The notes under the pieces: model-generated | Told to the model about the DNA's origin: nothing | What the model saw: the letters and a program-made list of their open reading frames with translations, nothing else | Databases searched by the model: none | Shown: positions 40,049-49,155 of the stretch, piece after piece | Numbering within the stretch: position 1 is the stretch's first letter | Layout of the letters: each line of letters opens with the position of its first letter | Origin: Spirochaetia bacterium | GTDB taxonomy: Bacteria > Spirochaetota > Spirochaetia > UBA9216 | NCBI GenBank assembly: GCA_963677925.2 | Contig: CAXXYH010000003.1 | Coordinates: 1,024,001 to 1,088,000 of the forward strand | DNA: 64,000 nt | Direction: 5' to 3' | Made by a program: the position numbers and the translations under genes

Positions 40049-41805
40049 TACATCTTTCCTCCTGCGCTCAGCAGTTCAAGAAACATCCCGCTGCCCGGAA
40101 TGCTTCCGTTAATCTCAAGTCCTTTCTGCTCGAGTTTTTTCAGAATTTCGCTCAGCAGGGTCGGCTGAAGATTCGACTGCTGCAGTATCTCAGGCTTCCT
40201 GAAGAGCTCTGAGGGTATTCCGTCATAATATTTTTTACCCTCACTAAGGACAATCACCCTGTCGGCATACTCCTCAACAAGCCTCATATCATGACTTATC
40301 ATAATCACGGCTACTCCGCGGCTCTGAATGTCTTTCATAAGCTTCATTAGATTGCGGGTCATCTCACGGTCCTGCCCGTATGTCGGTTCATCGACAATCA
40401 GGACTGAGGGATTACCTACAAGCATCGTAGCAACGCCCAGTCTGCGTTTTTTTCCGGCACTCAGTGCAAAGGGATGAGAATCCGCAGAATCTGTAAGCTC
40501 AAGCTCCTCGAGAAGCCGTTTCAGTTCAGCAGCCATCTCATCCTTGTTAAACACACCCTTGGACTTCAGACTGTACTCAATTTCCTCTGATACTGTATCT
40601 GTAAGAAACTGATGCTCCGGATTCTGAAAAACCAGAGCAATATGATTTGCAAGCTTCGGAATTTTCCATTTTACAGAGGGTTTGCCCATCAGCATCAGGC
40701 TGCCTTCTGTGCATTTGTTAAGACCAATCAGAAGTTTGGCAAGGGTGCTCTTCCCCGCTCCGTTTCTGCCGACAACTGCAAGCATCTCACCTGCCCTTAC
40801 ATCAAAAGAGACTCCTTTTAAAGCGTACAGCCCCGCGCCGTAGGAGTAGCGAAGATCTTCGGCCTTTATCAGGATATCTTCCGAAACAGAACCAGTATGC
40901 AACTGTGAAGATTCATCATTTTTAGATGGCCGTCCGGTCAGACTCTTTACTGATGCAGTCAGCCCGGAATCATCAAGCAGTTTAAGGGTTTCATCTATAC
41001 GTATGGGAATTATCGGAACTGAATACCCGAGCTTCTTAAGGCCCAGACCTATCTCAACTGTTTCGGGAAGCCAGATGCCAAGAGAATTGATATACTCGCC
41101 TTTTTCAGACAATAGACTGCAGGGCTCACCTGATGCAGCAAGTTGTCCGTCTTCGAGGACAAGAATCTGATCCGCTTCGGCCATAAAATCATCGAGCTCC
41201 CTTGTAACAAGAAGTACTGTGATACCCTCACTTCGAAGACTGAGTATCAGCTCATGCACCTGTCTTGAGGCTGCAGGATCAAGGTTTGCCGTAGGTTCAT
41301 CAAGGACGATGATTTTGGGTTTCATTGCAAGAACTGAAGCCAGGCCGAGCTTCTGAATCTGTCCGCCGGAAAGATTCCAGACAAGATTCTTTCTGTAAGG
41401 TGCAAGCTCGGTTAATTCAAGAAGTTCATCAACTGAGCTCTTGATCTGCTCCGCCGGATGAATCAGGTTCTCGGGACCGAAGGCTATCTCATCTTCAACC
41501 GACAAGGTAGCGAACATGTTCTCGGGATCCTGAAACACATATCCAACTGAGCATGAGAGCTCTTTCATTTCAGTATCCGCGCTGTTCATAGAGTCGATCA
41601 GCACGGATCCTTCAAGCCTGCCGGGAATAAGATGGGGAATTCGTCCGTTAAGAAGGTTACAGAGTGTAGATTTACCGCTTCCTCCAGGGCCGACAAGTAT
41701 TGAGAAACTTCCGGCCGGAAGTGAAAAACTAAGATCGCTTAATACAGGCTTTTCCTCCCCGTCAAAGGTGAAAGTTACATTATTAAGTTCTATTATACCC
41801 GGCAT
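40048..41805 (-). CDS. ECF transporter fused double ATPase (YkoD-like)
   Basis: Two Walker A (GPGGSGKS, GRNGAGKS), FQDP/FQNP, DEPT x2. Confidence 0.93.
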   Translation of the reverse strand: MPGIIELNNVTFTFDGEEKPVLSDLSFSLPAGSFSILVGPGGSGKSTLCNLLNGRIPHLIPGRLEGSVLIDSMNSADTEMKELSCSVGYVFQDPENMFATLSVEDEIAFGPENLIHPAEQIKSSVDELLELTELAPYRKNLVWNLSGGQIQKLGLASVLAMKPKIIVLDEPTANLDPAASRQVHELILSLRSEGITVLLVTRELDDFMAEADQILVLEDGQLAASGEPCSLLSEKGEYINSLGIWLPETVEIGLGLKKLGYSVPIIPIRIDETLKLLDDSGLTASVKSLTGRPSKNDESSQLHTGSVSEDILIKAEDLRYSYGAGLYALKGVSFDVRAGEMLAVVGRNGAGKSTLAKLLIGLNKCTEGSLMLMGKPSVKWKIPKLANHIALVFQNPEHQFLTDTVSEEIEYSLKSKGVFNKDEMAAELKRLLEELELTDSADSHPFALSAGKKRRLGVATMLVGNPSVLIVDEPTYGQDREMTRNLMKLMKDIQSRGVAVIMISHDMRLVEEYADRVIVLSEGKKYYDGIPSELFRKPEILQQSNLQPTLLSEILKKLEQKGLEINGSIPGSGMFLELLSAGGKM

Positions 41806-41812
41806 ATTTCAA

Positions 41813-42454
41813 TTATTTCTTTGCTGATCTTATAAGACCGGTCTTTGCGATTCGTCCTGCAAGGAAATAGCCGAGTAGACCGCTGAATACAGCACCTGAA
41901 ATCATATTGACAGGAACGGCAATCCAGACATCCTTTGAATAGGCGGGATCCCATCCGTAGAAAACAGAACTCCACAGTGTACCGAACTGTGAGGATGCAA
42001 TACCTGCCATCAGTGCTGTCATAAGGCCGAAGCGTGAATAAGCGGTAATAATAAGTATGACCTCAATAGCAAGGCCCTGTGAGATACCCCATCCGAGGGT
42101 TCCGATTCCGGCAGCATTGCCCAGAAGAACTTCTGTGGCAGCTTCGATAATACCGAAAGCAAGTGCAACACCGGGCTTTCTTACCATAAATACAGCAAGT
42201 ATATATGCCCACATGAACATTCCCTGAATCAGGGCTCCGCCCAGAGGTCCGAGTGAAGTGTTGGCAAGATACCAGATGTTGCCGACACCAGTATTGATTA
42301 CACCCGCAATTGCAGCAAGTACCGCAACTACAACAAGGTTCCGTGTGGAATATCCACCCTTCTCTTTTTCAAAGACATTCTTGTCCGTGAGTCTGGCAAC
42401 CAGCCCAAGGACAACCAGGACCGCAACGTTAAAAACCGTGTACAGAGCCATCAT
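41813..42454 (-). CDS. ECF S component (YkoE-like)
   Basis: VVAVLAA, VRKPG.A, QGL..E; highly hydrophobic. Confidence 0.8.
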   Translation of the reverse strand: MMALYTVFNVAVLVVLGLVARLTDKNVFEKEKGGYSTRNLVVVAVLAAIAGVINTGVGNIWYLANTSLGPLGGALIQGMFMWAYILAVFMVRKPGVALAFGIIEAATEVLLGNAAGIGTLGWGISQGLAIEVILIITAYSRFGLMTALMAGIASSQFGTLWSSVFYGWDPAYSKDVWIAVPVNMISGAVFSGLLGYFLAGRIAKTGLIRSAKK

Positions 42455-42465
42455 TTTCTCCTGTT

Positions 42466-43833
42466 CTATAATTTTAAGCCGATATCGGCTAATTCTGCCT
42501 TTACTTCTTCATAGATGGAAAGCCATTCGGCTTTCGGCTCGCAGGTATCCATATCATAAGCTTCATCGAACGGGAGCCCGGGATTTCCGCCTTTTTTTTC
42601 AAATACAAACTCGTACCTTGAAAGAAGTTCCAGAATAATCCTGTTGCCTTCCTTAAAGTCTATCCGCTGCCCTGTAACCGCATGACCGGTTTCTCCCATC
42701 ACACGAACTTCAATACCCGTTCCGTGAGGAACACTGCCGTCAGCGGAACCGACACCTTCCAGATGCCCTCCAGCCACTGTAAGGGTAACGGCATTGGCGG
42801 CAACCTCATACAGAACTTCTTTTGTCATTGCTCCGCTCTTGGGATATATATCACCGACAATAATTGCAGGGGCGTTCCGAGCAAAGGCCTGGCAGACCAT
42901 GCTCTGAAGCCACATGCAGCCGCGGGCGGATGTAGCCACATACCTGATATGTATGGGGTGGCAGAGATGGTAGTCTGCAAGACAGATTATATTGGCTGCA
43001 AGAAAGGATGCTATCTGCACGACCGCAGCACCCGGAGCATCACCGGCAAGTCCGCCTACCATTACGGTAGCAAGCGAGGCATTAGCCATGCCGTAGTGCA
43101 CTGAATTTGCAGCCCGCAGCATATTACCGCGGTCTATCATAAGCTCATTGTACATTGCAACGAGGTGTGAATCGCAGGGTCTGAGAAGTTCAGGATGCGC
43201 TGATGCCAGGTCGCCTATTTCGGTGACACTGCTTTCAGCACCGAGCATTCCGATACCGGGGCGGCCGCATTCCTCGCGGACTTCCTTCAGAATTGAAAGT
43301 TCCCGTTTGGAGGCGTAGAGTTCGCTGACTTCGCCTGAACGCACCTGGACTCCGTCTACATCGATGAGGGAGCCGCAGGTAATCAGATCTACAACAGGCT
43401 CCTTTGTCCAGCTTTTCACAGTTGCCTTGAAAACGCGTTCGGGAGTCGGCGCACCGGGATTTCCGGCCCACACTGCGGGCGGACGCTCATCAAGGGGTTT
43501 TCTCGGGTGCAGTGTATATGCCTGTTCGCCCTCACCCATCACAAAAGATTTGTTCATAGCCTTCGCAGCAGAGTCTATTTCTTCCGCGGAAAGCTCCAGC
43601 ACAGTACCTTCTGACAGGTAGTATATTCCGGTATCAAGCAGGAGTTCCCGACCGGCATTATAAAGTCTGTCGGCAAGTTCCGGGTTGTCTTCAAGAATTA
43701 ACTCGGGGTTCCAGCTTAAGCTGTACTTGTCTACAAGCTTCATAGCCTTTTCGACAATAAGAAAATCCCAGTCATTTTTTGACATCTTTCTGCCTTTTAA
43801 GGCACGTTCAGATATTTCAAGGTAATTAATCAT
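42466..43833 (-). CDS. MtmB-family corrinoid methyltransferase, pyrrolysine-free
   Basis: GRPGIGMLGAESS aligns to the MtmB GRPGMGxOGPETS motif; GGLAGDAPGAA; HPIH; no in-frame TAG. Confidence 0.82.
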   Translation of the reverse strand: MINYLEISERALKGRKMSKNDWDFLIVEKAMKLVDKYSLSWNPELILEDNPELADRLYNAGRELLLDTGIYYLSEGTVLELSAEEIDSAAKAMNKSFVMGEGEQAYTLHPRKPLDERPPAVWAGNPGAPTPERVFKATVKSWTKEPVVDLITCGSLIDVDGVQVRSGEVSELYASKRELSILKEVREECGRPGIGMLGAESSVTEIGDLASAHPELLRPCDSHLVAMYNELMIDRGNMLRAANSVHYGMANASLATVMVGGLAGDAPGAAVVQIASFLAANIICLADYHLCHPIHIRYVATSARGCMWLQSMVCQAFARNAPAIIVGDIYPKSGAMTKEVLYEVAANAVTLTVAGGHLEGVGSADGSVPHGTGIEVRVMGETGHAVTGQRIDFKEGNRIILELLSRYEFVFEKKGGNPGLPFDEAYDMDTCEPKAEWLSIYEEVKAELADIGLKL

Positions 43834-44042
43834 AATTCCACCGTACAGGCTGGTACGGATTAAAGAAAGGAAAGAACAAGAAGATAATTCCACCGCAGCA
43901 GCCTAAAAATAAATTTATTTTACAGCTTGCGCGACCGCGGCACCTCACAGATTTTTTCTGAATCGGTACGAACAGGCTTCCCGTCCTCAATGTCTGCGCA
44001 TGGAATTTTCTGCACCCGCAATTATTTCAATAAATAATTGCG
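43834..44042 (-). promoter_or_regulatory. Candidate structured cis-regulatory leader RNA (family unassigned)
   Basis: AAUUCCAUGCGCAG can pair with CUGCGGUGGAAUU enclosing ~100 nt with sub-hairpins; 12-nt CGGUGGAAUUAU repeated at the RBS; 11-bp perfect IR at 44017-44042. Confidence 0.5.
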
Positions 44043-44131
44043 AAACCAAAGTATAAATAGCAGATTAATTGTTTTTATTCAATAGTCGCACCTTATATTC
44101 AGCTTAAAAAAACTTAACATACCCGAAACTT

Positions 44132-44335
44132 TCAGATGTCGATGCTGATAACATGGGATTTTTTGGGAATCGGATAGCGCTTATCAGGACTTAGATAGAT
44201 TTCTACAGCTTCTTTTATTTTTTTACATACGGCTTCTTCGGAATCAGCATAACAAATACATCCCGGAAGCTCCGGGCAGACGGCATCGTATGAACCTGTT
44301 TTCTCATCAAACTTTACTACTACACGAATTTGCAT
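44132..44335 (-). CDS. Short HicB-family protein (no adjacent hicA seen)
   Basis: Y.AVCPELPGC.....EEA...IKEAVEIYL. Confidence 0.8.
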   Translation of the reverse strand: MQIRVVVKFDEKTGSYDAVCPELPGCICYADSEEAVCKKIKEAVEIYLSPDKRYPIPKKSHVISIDI

Positions 44336-44439
44336 AAGTTTCCCTGACCAAAATCATTAAGTAAAATGAGTACCTTGCTTTTGTACCTTTAATTCTATGG
44401 ATTTTTATCAGGTATGCAAATTTCTGCAGTGAAAAGTTC

Positions 44440-44664
44440 TCACCCCCCTCCGACAGGAGGGAAGAGAGACACAATATCTGTTGAAGTGAGCGCCCTGTCC
44501 ATAGTTCCGGTTCTTCCATTAATCAGAAGAATCGCAACCTCCTCTTTCGGAATATCCAGTTTTTCAATGATATCCCGGACAGTAGCTCTTTCTTCAAAAT
44601 CCAGCTTTAGCTCTTTGCCCCGCCCATTTCGGAGTGTGGCAAAGAGCCTTACCGTTACAGTCAT
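44440..44664 (-). CDS. MoaD/ThiS sulfur carrier
   Basis: VRLFATLR...LINGR...FPPVGGG. Confidence 0.92.
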   Translation of the reverse strand: MTVTVRLFATLRNGRGKELKLDFEERATVRDIIEKLDIPKEEVAILLINGRTGTMDRALTSTDIVSLFPPVGGG

Positions 44665-46469
44665 AGGACTGCAGAAAGCTTAATACCCAGAGACTCAACT
44701 CTTTCAGCAGTAGGTATTCCGTCAGAGCCCCAGCCCCGAAGATTATAATATTCGGGAAGAAGATCAGATAACTTGTGTGTCCATCCCTTCGATGGGCCGT
44801 CCGGGATTTCTTCTGTTAGCAGTCTTTTCGGAAGAGTATCCTGTGAGGGCTCGATTCCCGCCTTAAGATTGTATATTCTTTCTATATTATATATGCGTTC
44901 ACCGGCTGCAAGTATATCCTCGGCAGACCAGCCGGTCCCGAGAACTGCATTCAGCATATCCGCATAGTCACCGGCACCCATTGCAAATGAAGTAAACAGA
45001 CAGAGTCCTGATGAATCAATCAGGGCAGTAAGGTCCTGGAAGATCTTTGCCCAGGAAGCCTTGCCCTCAAGCTTGAAACGGTCCAGAGCCTCCGGCAGTC
45101 CGAGTATCTCCGGAGAAATAAGGTAGCCGCGGACATGGCAGCCGCCTCTGTTTGATGTTGCATACTGCAGACCCTGGCCCTGGATACCGCGTGGATCATA
45201 TGCAGGAATCTCCTGCTTCTTAACAGACATGGAAAGTTCCGGGACTCCGTATGATTCGGTCAGTCTGTAGGAACCCAGAGCCATCCTGGCTCCAAAGCCT
45301 TTTCCTCTACCCATGCGTTTAGTCCACTCAACAACAGCCTCTGCATCACCGAATTTTAAGGAAACACCATCAAGCTCGGATTCATCAATATATCCCTTCT
45401 GGTAAAGTTCCATAGCCGCAGCTATTGTAGCACCGGCAGAAATTGTATCCATACCTGTTTCATTGCACCAGTAGTTGGCCTTGATTACCGCACCCATATC
45501 CGAAACCCCACAGTCTCCGCCGAAGGCCCAGACGGTTTCATATTCCGGTCCGCCGCCCTCAATATCATCAGCCTTGCAGTATCTGCCGCAGGCAATCGGA
45601 CATCGGTAGCAGGGGTCTTTCTTGACCAGGTAGCTTTCAGACATTGTTTCACCGCTGATTTCTTCAGCTTCAGCAAACTGTGATGTCTGAAAATTGTTCG
45701 TAGGAAATACCCCGTTTTCATTAATAATATTTACAAGAACAGCTGTCCCGTAGGTCGGAAGGCCCTGACCGGTAACACCGTTTTCCTTTATCTGCTTCAT
45801 GCATCTTTTATTAACTTCTTTTAGAGCAGCTTCATCGGCTACAGAGGGTTTAGCTGAGCCTTTCACAGTTATTGCTTTAAGATTTTTGGAACCCATTACA
45901 GCCCCGACACCTGAGCGGCCCGCAGCCCTCCAGAGGTCATTCATGATTGCGGCGATTGGTGAAAGGTTCTCACCAGCAGGTCCTATTGTCATGACCTTTG
46001 CTTTTGCAGGTATTTCCTTCTGCAGCGCTTCGGTCGTTTCAGATACCAGCTTTCCCCAGAGATGTCCGGCATCCCTTATCTCAACACTATCATCTTCAAT
46101 AGCAATATAAACAGGCTTTTCAGCTTTTCCTTCAATTATGATGGCATCATAACCGGCAAACTTAAGCTCGGCACCCCAGTACCCTCCGGAATTGGATGAT
46201 GCTATAGTTCCTGTAAGCGGTGATTTAGTTACAACCATATAGCGGCCGCCGGTTGGTGTAGGTGTGCCTGTGAGCGGTCCGGTAACAACCATCAGTTTGT
46301 TTTCAGCTGAGAGGGCATCAACTTCCGGAGAAGTCTCCTTTGTCATCAGGTATGTACCCAGCCCCCTGCCGCCTATATATTTCAAGGCGGCCTCATGATC
46401 AAGTTTTTCAGTTGATACTGCCCCGGTACTGAGATCTATCCGAAGAATCTTTCCTGTATATCCGTTCAT
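44661..46469 (-). CDS. aor: Tungsten-dependent aldehyde:ferredoxin oxidoreductase
   Basis: GYTGKILRIDL, KSPLTG, GRSGVGAVMGSKNLKA, CYRCPIAC, EYET, DTIS, YDPR, RGGCH. Confidence 0.95.
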   Translation of the reverse strand: MNGYTGKILRIDLSTGAVSTEKLDHEAALKYIGGRGLGTYLMTKETSPEVDALSAENKLMVVTGPLTGTPTPTGGRYMVVTKSPLTGTIASSNSGGYWGAELKFAGYDAIIIEGKAEKPVYIAIEDDSVEIRDAGHLWGKLVSETTEALQKEIPAKAKVMTIGPAGENLSPIAAIMNDLWRAAGRSGVGAVMGSKNLKAITVKGSAKPSVADEAALKEVNKRCMKQIKENGVTGQGLPTYGTAVLVNIINENGVFPTNNFQTSQFAEAEEISGETMSESYLVKKDPCYRCPIACGRYCKADDIEGGGPEYETVWAFGGDCGVSDMGAVIKANYWCNETGMDTISAGATIAAAMELYQKGYIDESELDGVSLKFGDAEAVVEWTKRMGRGKGFGARMALGSYRLTESYGVPELSMSVKKQEIPAYDPRGIQGQGLQYATSNRGGCHVRGYLISPEILGLPEALDRFKLEGKASWAKIFQDLTALIDSSGLCLFTSFAMGAGDYADMLNAVLGTGWSAEDILAAGERIYNIERIYNLKAGIEPSQDTLPKRLLTEEIPDGPSKGWTHKLSDLLPEYYNLRGWGSDGIPTAERVESLGIKLSAVL

Positions 46470-46503
46470 AATCTCTCCTCTTTAGTTTTATCAGCAGATA
46501 TAT

Positions 46504-46520
46504 CGCAATTATCATGCCAA
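46504..46520 (-). promoter_or_regulatory. Sigma54 (-24/-12) promoter of aor
   Basis: TTGGCATGATAATTGCG = GG-N10-GC, ~35 nt upstream of aor ATG. Confidence 0.88.
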
Positions 46521-46612
46521 TTGCGAATTAAGGCCTGATTCTGGTGGGATACAGTAATTCTTATCAGAGTTTGTGTGATATAAAGTGTGTATTACGGGAT
46601 TATTTACGTATG

Positions 46613-46706
46613 TGTTCCAAAAGAGGACATACAGAGGCTGTAATCAAAGAATTTATCTGTTCCTGCATGGAACAGATAAAAAGCGGAAGTGTTCCATATC
46701 AGAACA
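46613..46706. promoter_or_regulatory. Three upstream activator sites (TGTTCC-N5-RGRACA)
   Basis: TGTTCCAAAAGAGGACA 46613-46629, TGTTCCTGCATGGAACA 46658-46674, TGTTCCATATCAGAACA 46690-46706. Confidence 0.7.
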
Positions 46707-46717
46707 CCCGGGCTTTT

Positions 46718-48616
46718 TCAGACGTATCTGATTCCGTAGTTTTTCATCTTCCGATAGAGAGTATTTCTTCCGATTCTGAGATATCTGGCGGAAACCGAGA
46801 TGTTATAGTCATTTTCCTCAAGAACTTTCTCAATATGGTTTTTCTCAATTGCCTCCAGGGCTTCGGGACCGTGCCCTTCCTGCGGGGTTTCAATTTCAGA
46901 ACAGGAACCTCCCTGCATCAGAGGGAATGAGGCAGGAACCTTTTCATAGTTGATAATAAGCTCTACAAGGTTTTCAAGTTCGCGTATATTTCCCGGCCAG
47001 TCATAACTGCACAGGAGCTGAAGATTATCTCCTGCAAGCTTGACCTCGCGTTTGTTCAGTTTTTTGGAGATCTTTCTGCTGTAATGCTCGATGAGCAGTG
47101 GAATGTCCTCACGGCGCCGACGCAGAGACGGAAGAGTGATCGGCAGAACATTCAATCTGTAAAACAGATCCTTCCGGAACGCGCCGTCATTAACTTCATC
47201 AATCAGATTTTTATTGGTTGCTGCAATAATTCTTACATCAACAGGTGTATAATTATTGCTGCCGACCCTGCTTACAACCCTGTCTTCCAGAACCCGCAGC
47301 AGTTTGACCTGCATATCAAGCGGCATCTCGCCGATTTCATCAAGAAAAAGGGTTCCTCCGTCTGCAATTTCAAACTTGCCGGCCTGCCCGCCTTTCTTGG
47401 CACCGGTAAACGCTCCTTCATTGTATCCGAAAAGTTCAGACTCGATCAGGGTTCTTGGTATGGCACCGCAGTTAAGAACAACAAAAGCTTCATCTCTTCG
47501 ACTGCTTTCATTATGGATAGACTGGGCAAATATCTCTTTACCGGTACCGCTTTCGCCGGTTATTAGAATGGTAGAGTTGCTGTCTGCCACCTGCCTTGCA
47601 AAAGATACAGCTTCCGTAAAAGCCTTTGAACAGCCTATCATCTTATCGAAGGTATACACCGCCTTTCGCCCGATTATTTCATTCGCATGCCTGCGAACAC
47701 GTTTTATATCTTTAACAACAATAATCAGAGCACTCAGCGTCCCGTCATTGTAGCTGACTGGATATACATTCAGATTAAAGTAGACCTTGTTTGCTTTGAC
47801 ATTAAAAACGACATCACGGTTCTGAAACTCTTCATCAGCCATGACTGCCTTAAAAACTTCGTTCCATGACGGAATCAGGTTACGCACATTTGATGAGAGT
47901 AAACCCCGCTTATCCATTCCGAGCAGCTCTACTACCCTGCTGTTTACCGTAAGAACCCGGCCGTCTAAACCGCATGAAAGGATTCCGGCATCTATTGAAT
48001 CGATCAGTTTTTCACTGAAAAGCTTGCTCTGCATAAGCTGGGCATTAGTACTGTTAAGACGGAGGTTTTTTTCAATAGCATTAACAGCGGCGACAACCAT
48101 CCCAAGTGTGTGCTTATGCACATTCTCAATAGCACCCGTCAGGTCAAGCGCTCCGATGACACGGCCGTGCTGATCATGGATGGGAGCGCCTGAGCAGGTC
48201 CATCGAAAGTACTGTTCGATATAATGCTCATCTCCTGAAACCTGAACCGGAAGATCCTCGGCAAGAGCGGTTCCCATGGCATTTGTACCTATGTTACGCT
48301 CATTCATAAAGGCCCCGGGAACCATCTTCAGGGAGAAAGCATCCTGCATGATATCATCATCACCTATCACTTTTAAAATACAGCCTTCAGAATCAGTCAA
48401 GATTGAGAAAAAGCTGGTACCTTTCAGAAAATTGCATAGCTGGTCTACAAAGGGTTCCGCGATGGAAATCAGTTCCCTGTTCTCATACAGACGCTCTTCC
48501 AGTTCAGAGTCTGTGATGAATTTTCTGCTGTAAATCTGAGAGGTTTCCAGCCCGTAACTTCTGCATCGTTCTTTTGATCGGTGAATATAATCTTTTGCCA
48601 TGGTGACTAAAATCAT
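46718..48616 (-). CDS. Sigma54-dependent activator, AcoR/AorR type (GAF-PAS-AAA+-Fis HTH)
   Basis: [43 protein letters not shown]; start uncertain (48601-48640). Confidence 0.95.
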   Translation of the reverse strand: MILVTMAKDYIHRSKERCRSYGLETSQIYSRKFITDSELEERLYENRELISIAEPFVDQLCNFLKGTSFFSILTDSEGCILKVIGDDDIMQDAFSLKMVPGAFMNERNIGTNAMGTALAEDLPVQVSGDEHYIEQYFRWTCSGAPIHDQHGRVIGALDLTGAIENVHKHTLGMVVAAVNAIEKNLRLNSTNAQLMQSKLFSEKLIDSIDAGILSCGLDGRVLTVNSRVVELLGMDKRGLLSSNVRNLIPSWNEVFKAVMADEEFQNRDVVFNVKANKVYFNLNVYPVSYNDGTLSALIIVVKDIKRVRRHANEIIGRKAVYTFDKMIGCSKAFTEAVSFARQVADSNSTILITGESGTGKEIFAQSIHNESSRRDEAFVVLNCGAIPRTLIESELFGYNEGAFTGAKKGGQAGKFEIADGGTLFLDEIGEMPLDMQVKLLRVLEDRVVSRVGSNNYTPVDVRIIAATNKNLIDEVNDGAFRKDLFYRLNVLPITLPSLRRRREDIPLLIEHYSRKISKKLNKREVKLAGDNLQLLCSYDWPGNIRELENLVELIINYEKVPASFPLMQGGSCSEIETPQEGHGPEALEAIEKNHIEKVLEENDYNISVSARYLRIGRNTLYRKMKNYGIRYV

Positions 48617-48721
48617 ACTACCAGATTTCCAAAAAAACAATCTTTGATTCTATACATCTTAATAAGTTCTTTTTTTATCTATTTATGATGATAAATACTT
48701 GTCAATTTTAATAATCTATAA

Positions 48722-48751
48722 TAAATTGTACATGCATGCATGTACAATTTA
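48722..48751. promoter_or_regulatory. 30-bp perfect palindrome, candidate repressor operator
   Basis: TAAATTGTACATGCA|TGCATGTACAATTTA directly upstream of the RBS of the FMN-binding gene. Confidence 0.7.
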
Positions 48752-48765
48752 ATCAGGAGAAACTC

Positions 48766-49155
48766 ATGAAAGTGAAAACTTTACACGCCCTGTCAGGGCT
48801 GGCTATAGCTGCGCTTCTGCTCATAGCCGGATGTACCAGCCTTAATCAAACTAAATCCATATGGGCTGACGGCAGTTATAAAGGGTCCGGAGAAGGTATA
48901 CACGGAACAATAGAGCTTACGGTTGTAATCTCAGACGGAAGTATATCTGAAATCACCATCGATCAGCAGCATGAAACCGAAGGAGTCTCGGAACTGGCTC
49001 TTGAAGAAATTCCGGCGGCAATTATTGATGCTCAGTCAGTTGAAGTAGATACGGTAGCCGGAGCATCTGTCACTTCGGGAGCTGTTATCGATGCAGTTTC
49101 ACAGGCACTCGCAGAAGCTGAAAAAGTGAAAAAAGAAGAACAGGAGATAAAATAA
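48766..49155 (+). CDS. FMN-binding (ApbE-flavinylated) lipoprotein
   Basis: Lipobox IAGC; DGSYKGSGEG; VDTVAGASVTS. Confidence 0.88.
   Translation: MKVKTLHALSGLAIAALLLIAGCTSLNQTKSIWADGSYKGSGEGIHGTIELTVVISDGSISEITIDQQHETEGVSELALEEIPAAIIDAQSVEVDTVAGASVTSGAVIDAVSQALAEAEKVKKEEQEIK

Noticed and set aside
42466-43893. Pyrrolysine (TAG) recoding in the MtmB homologue
   Set aside because: ORF is uninterrupted with Leu at the equivalent position; the ORF-track N-terminal extension (43834-43893) is leader sequence
43834-44100. TPP, SAM-I or cobalamin riboswitch expected before a YkoE-like ECF/methyltransferase operon
   Set aside because: Core consensus strings (CTGAGA...ACCTG; ATC.AGA...GAGGGA; GGGAA..GGTG.AA.TCC) not found; kept as unassigned leader
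46544-46930. 128-aa plus-strand ORF
   Set aside because: Overlaps the activator 3' end and the UAS region; no recognisable product
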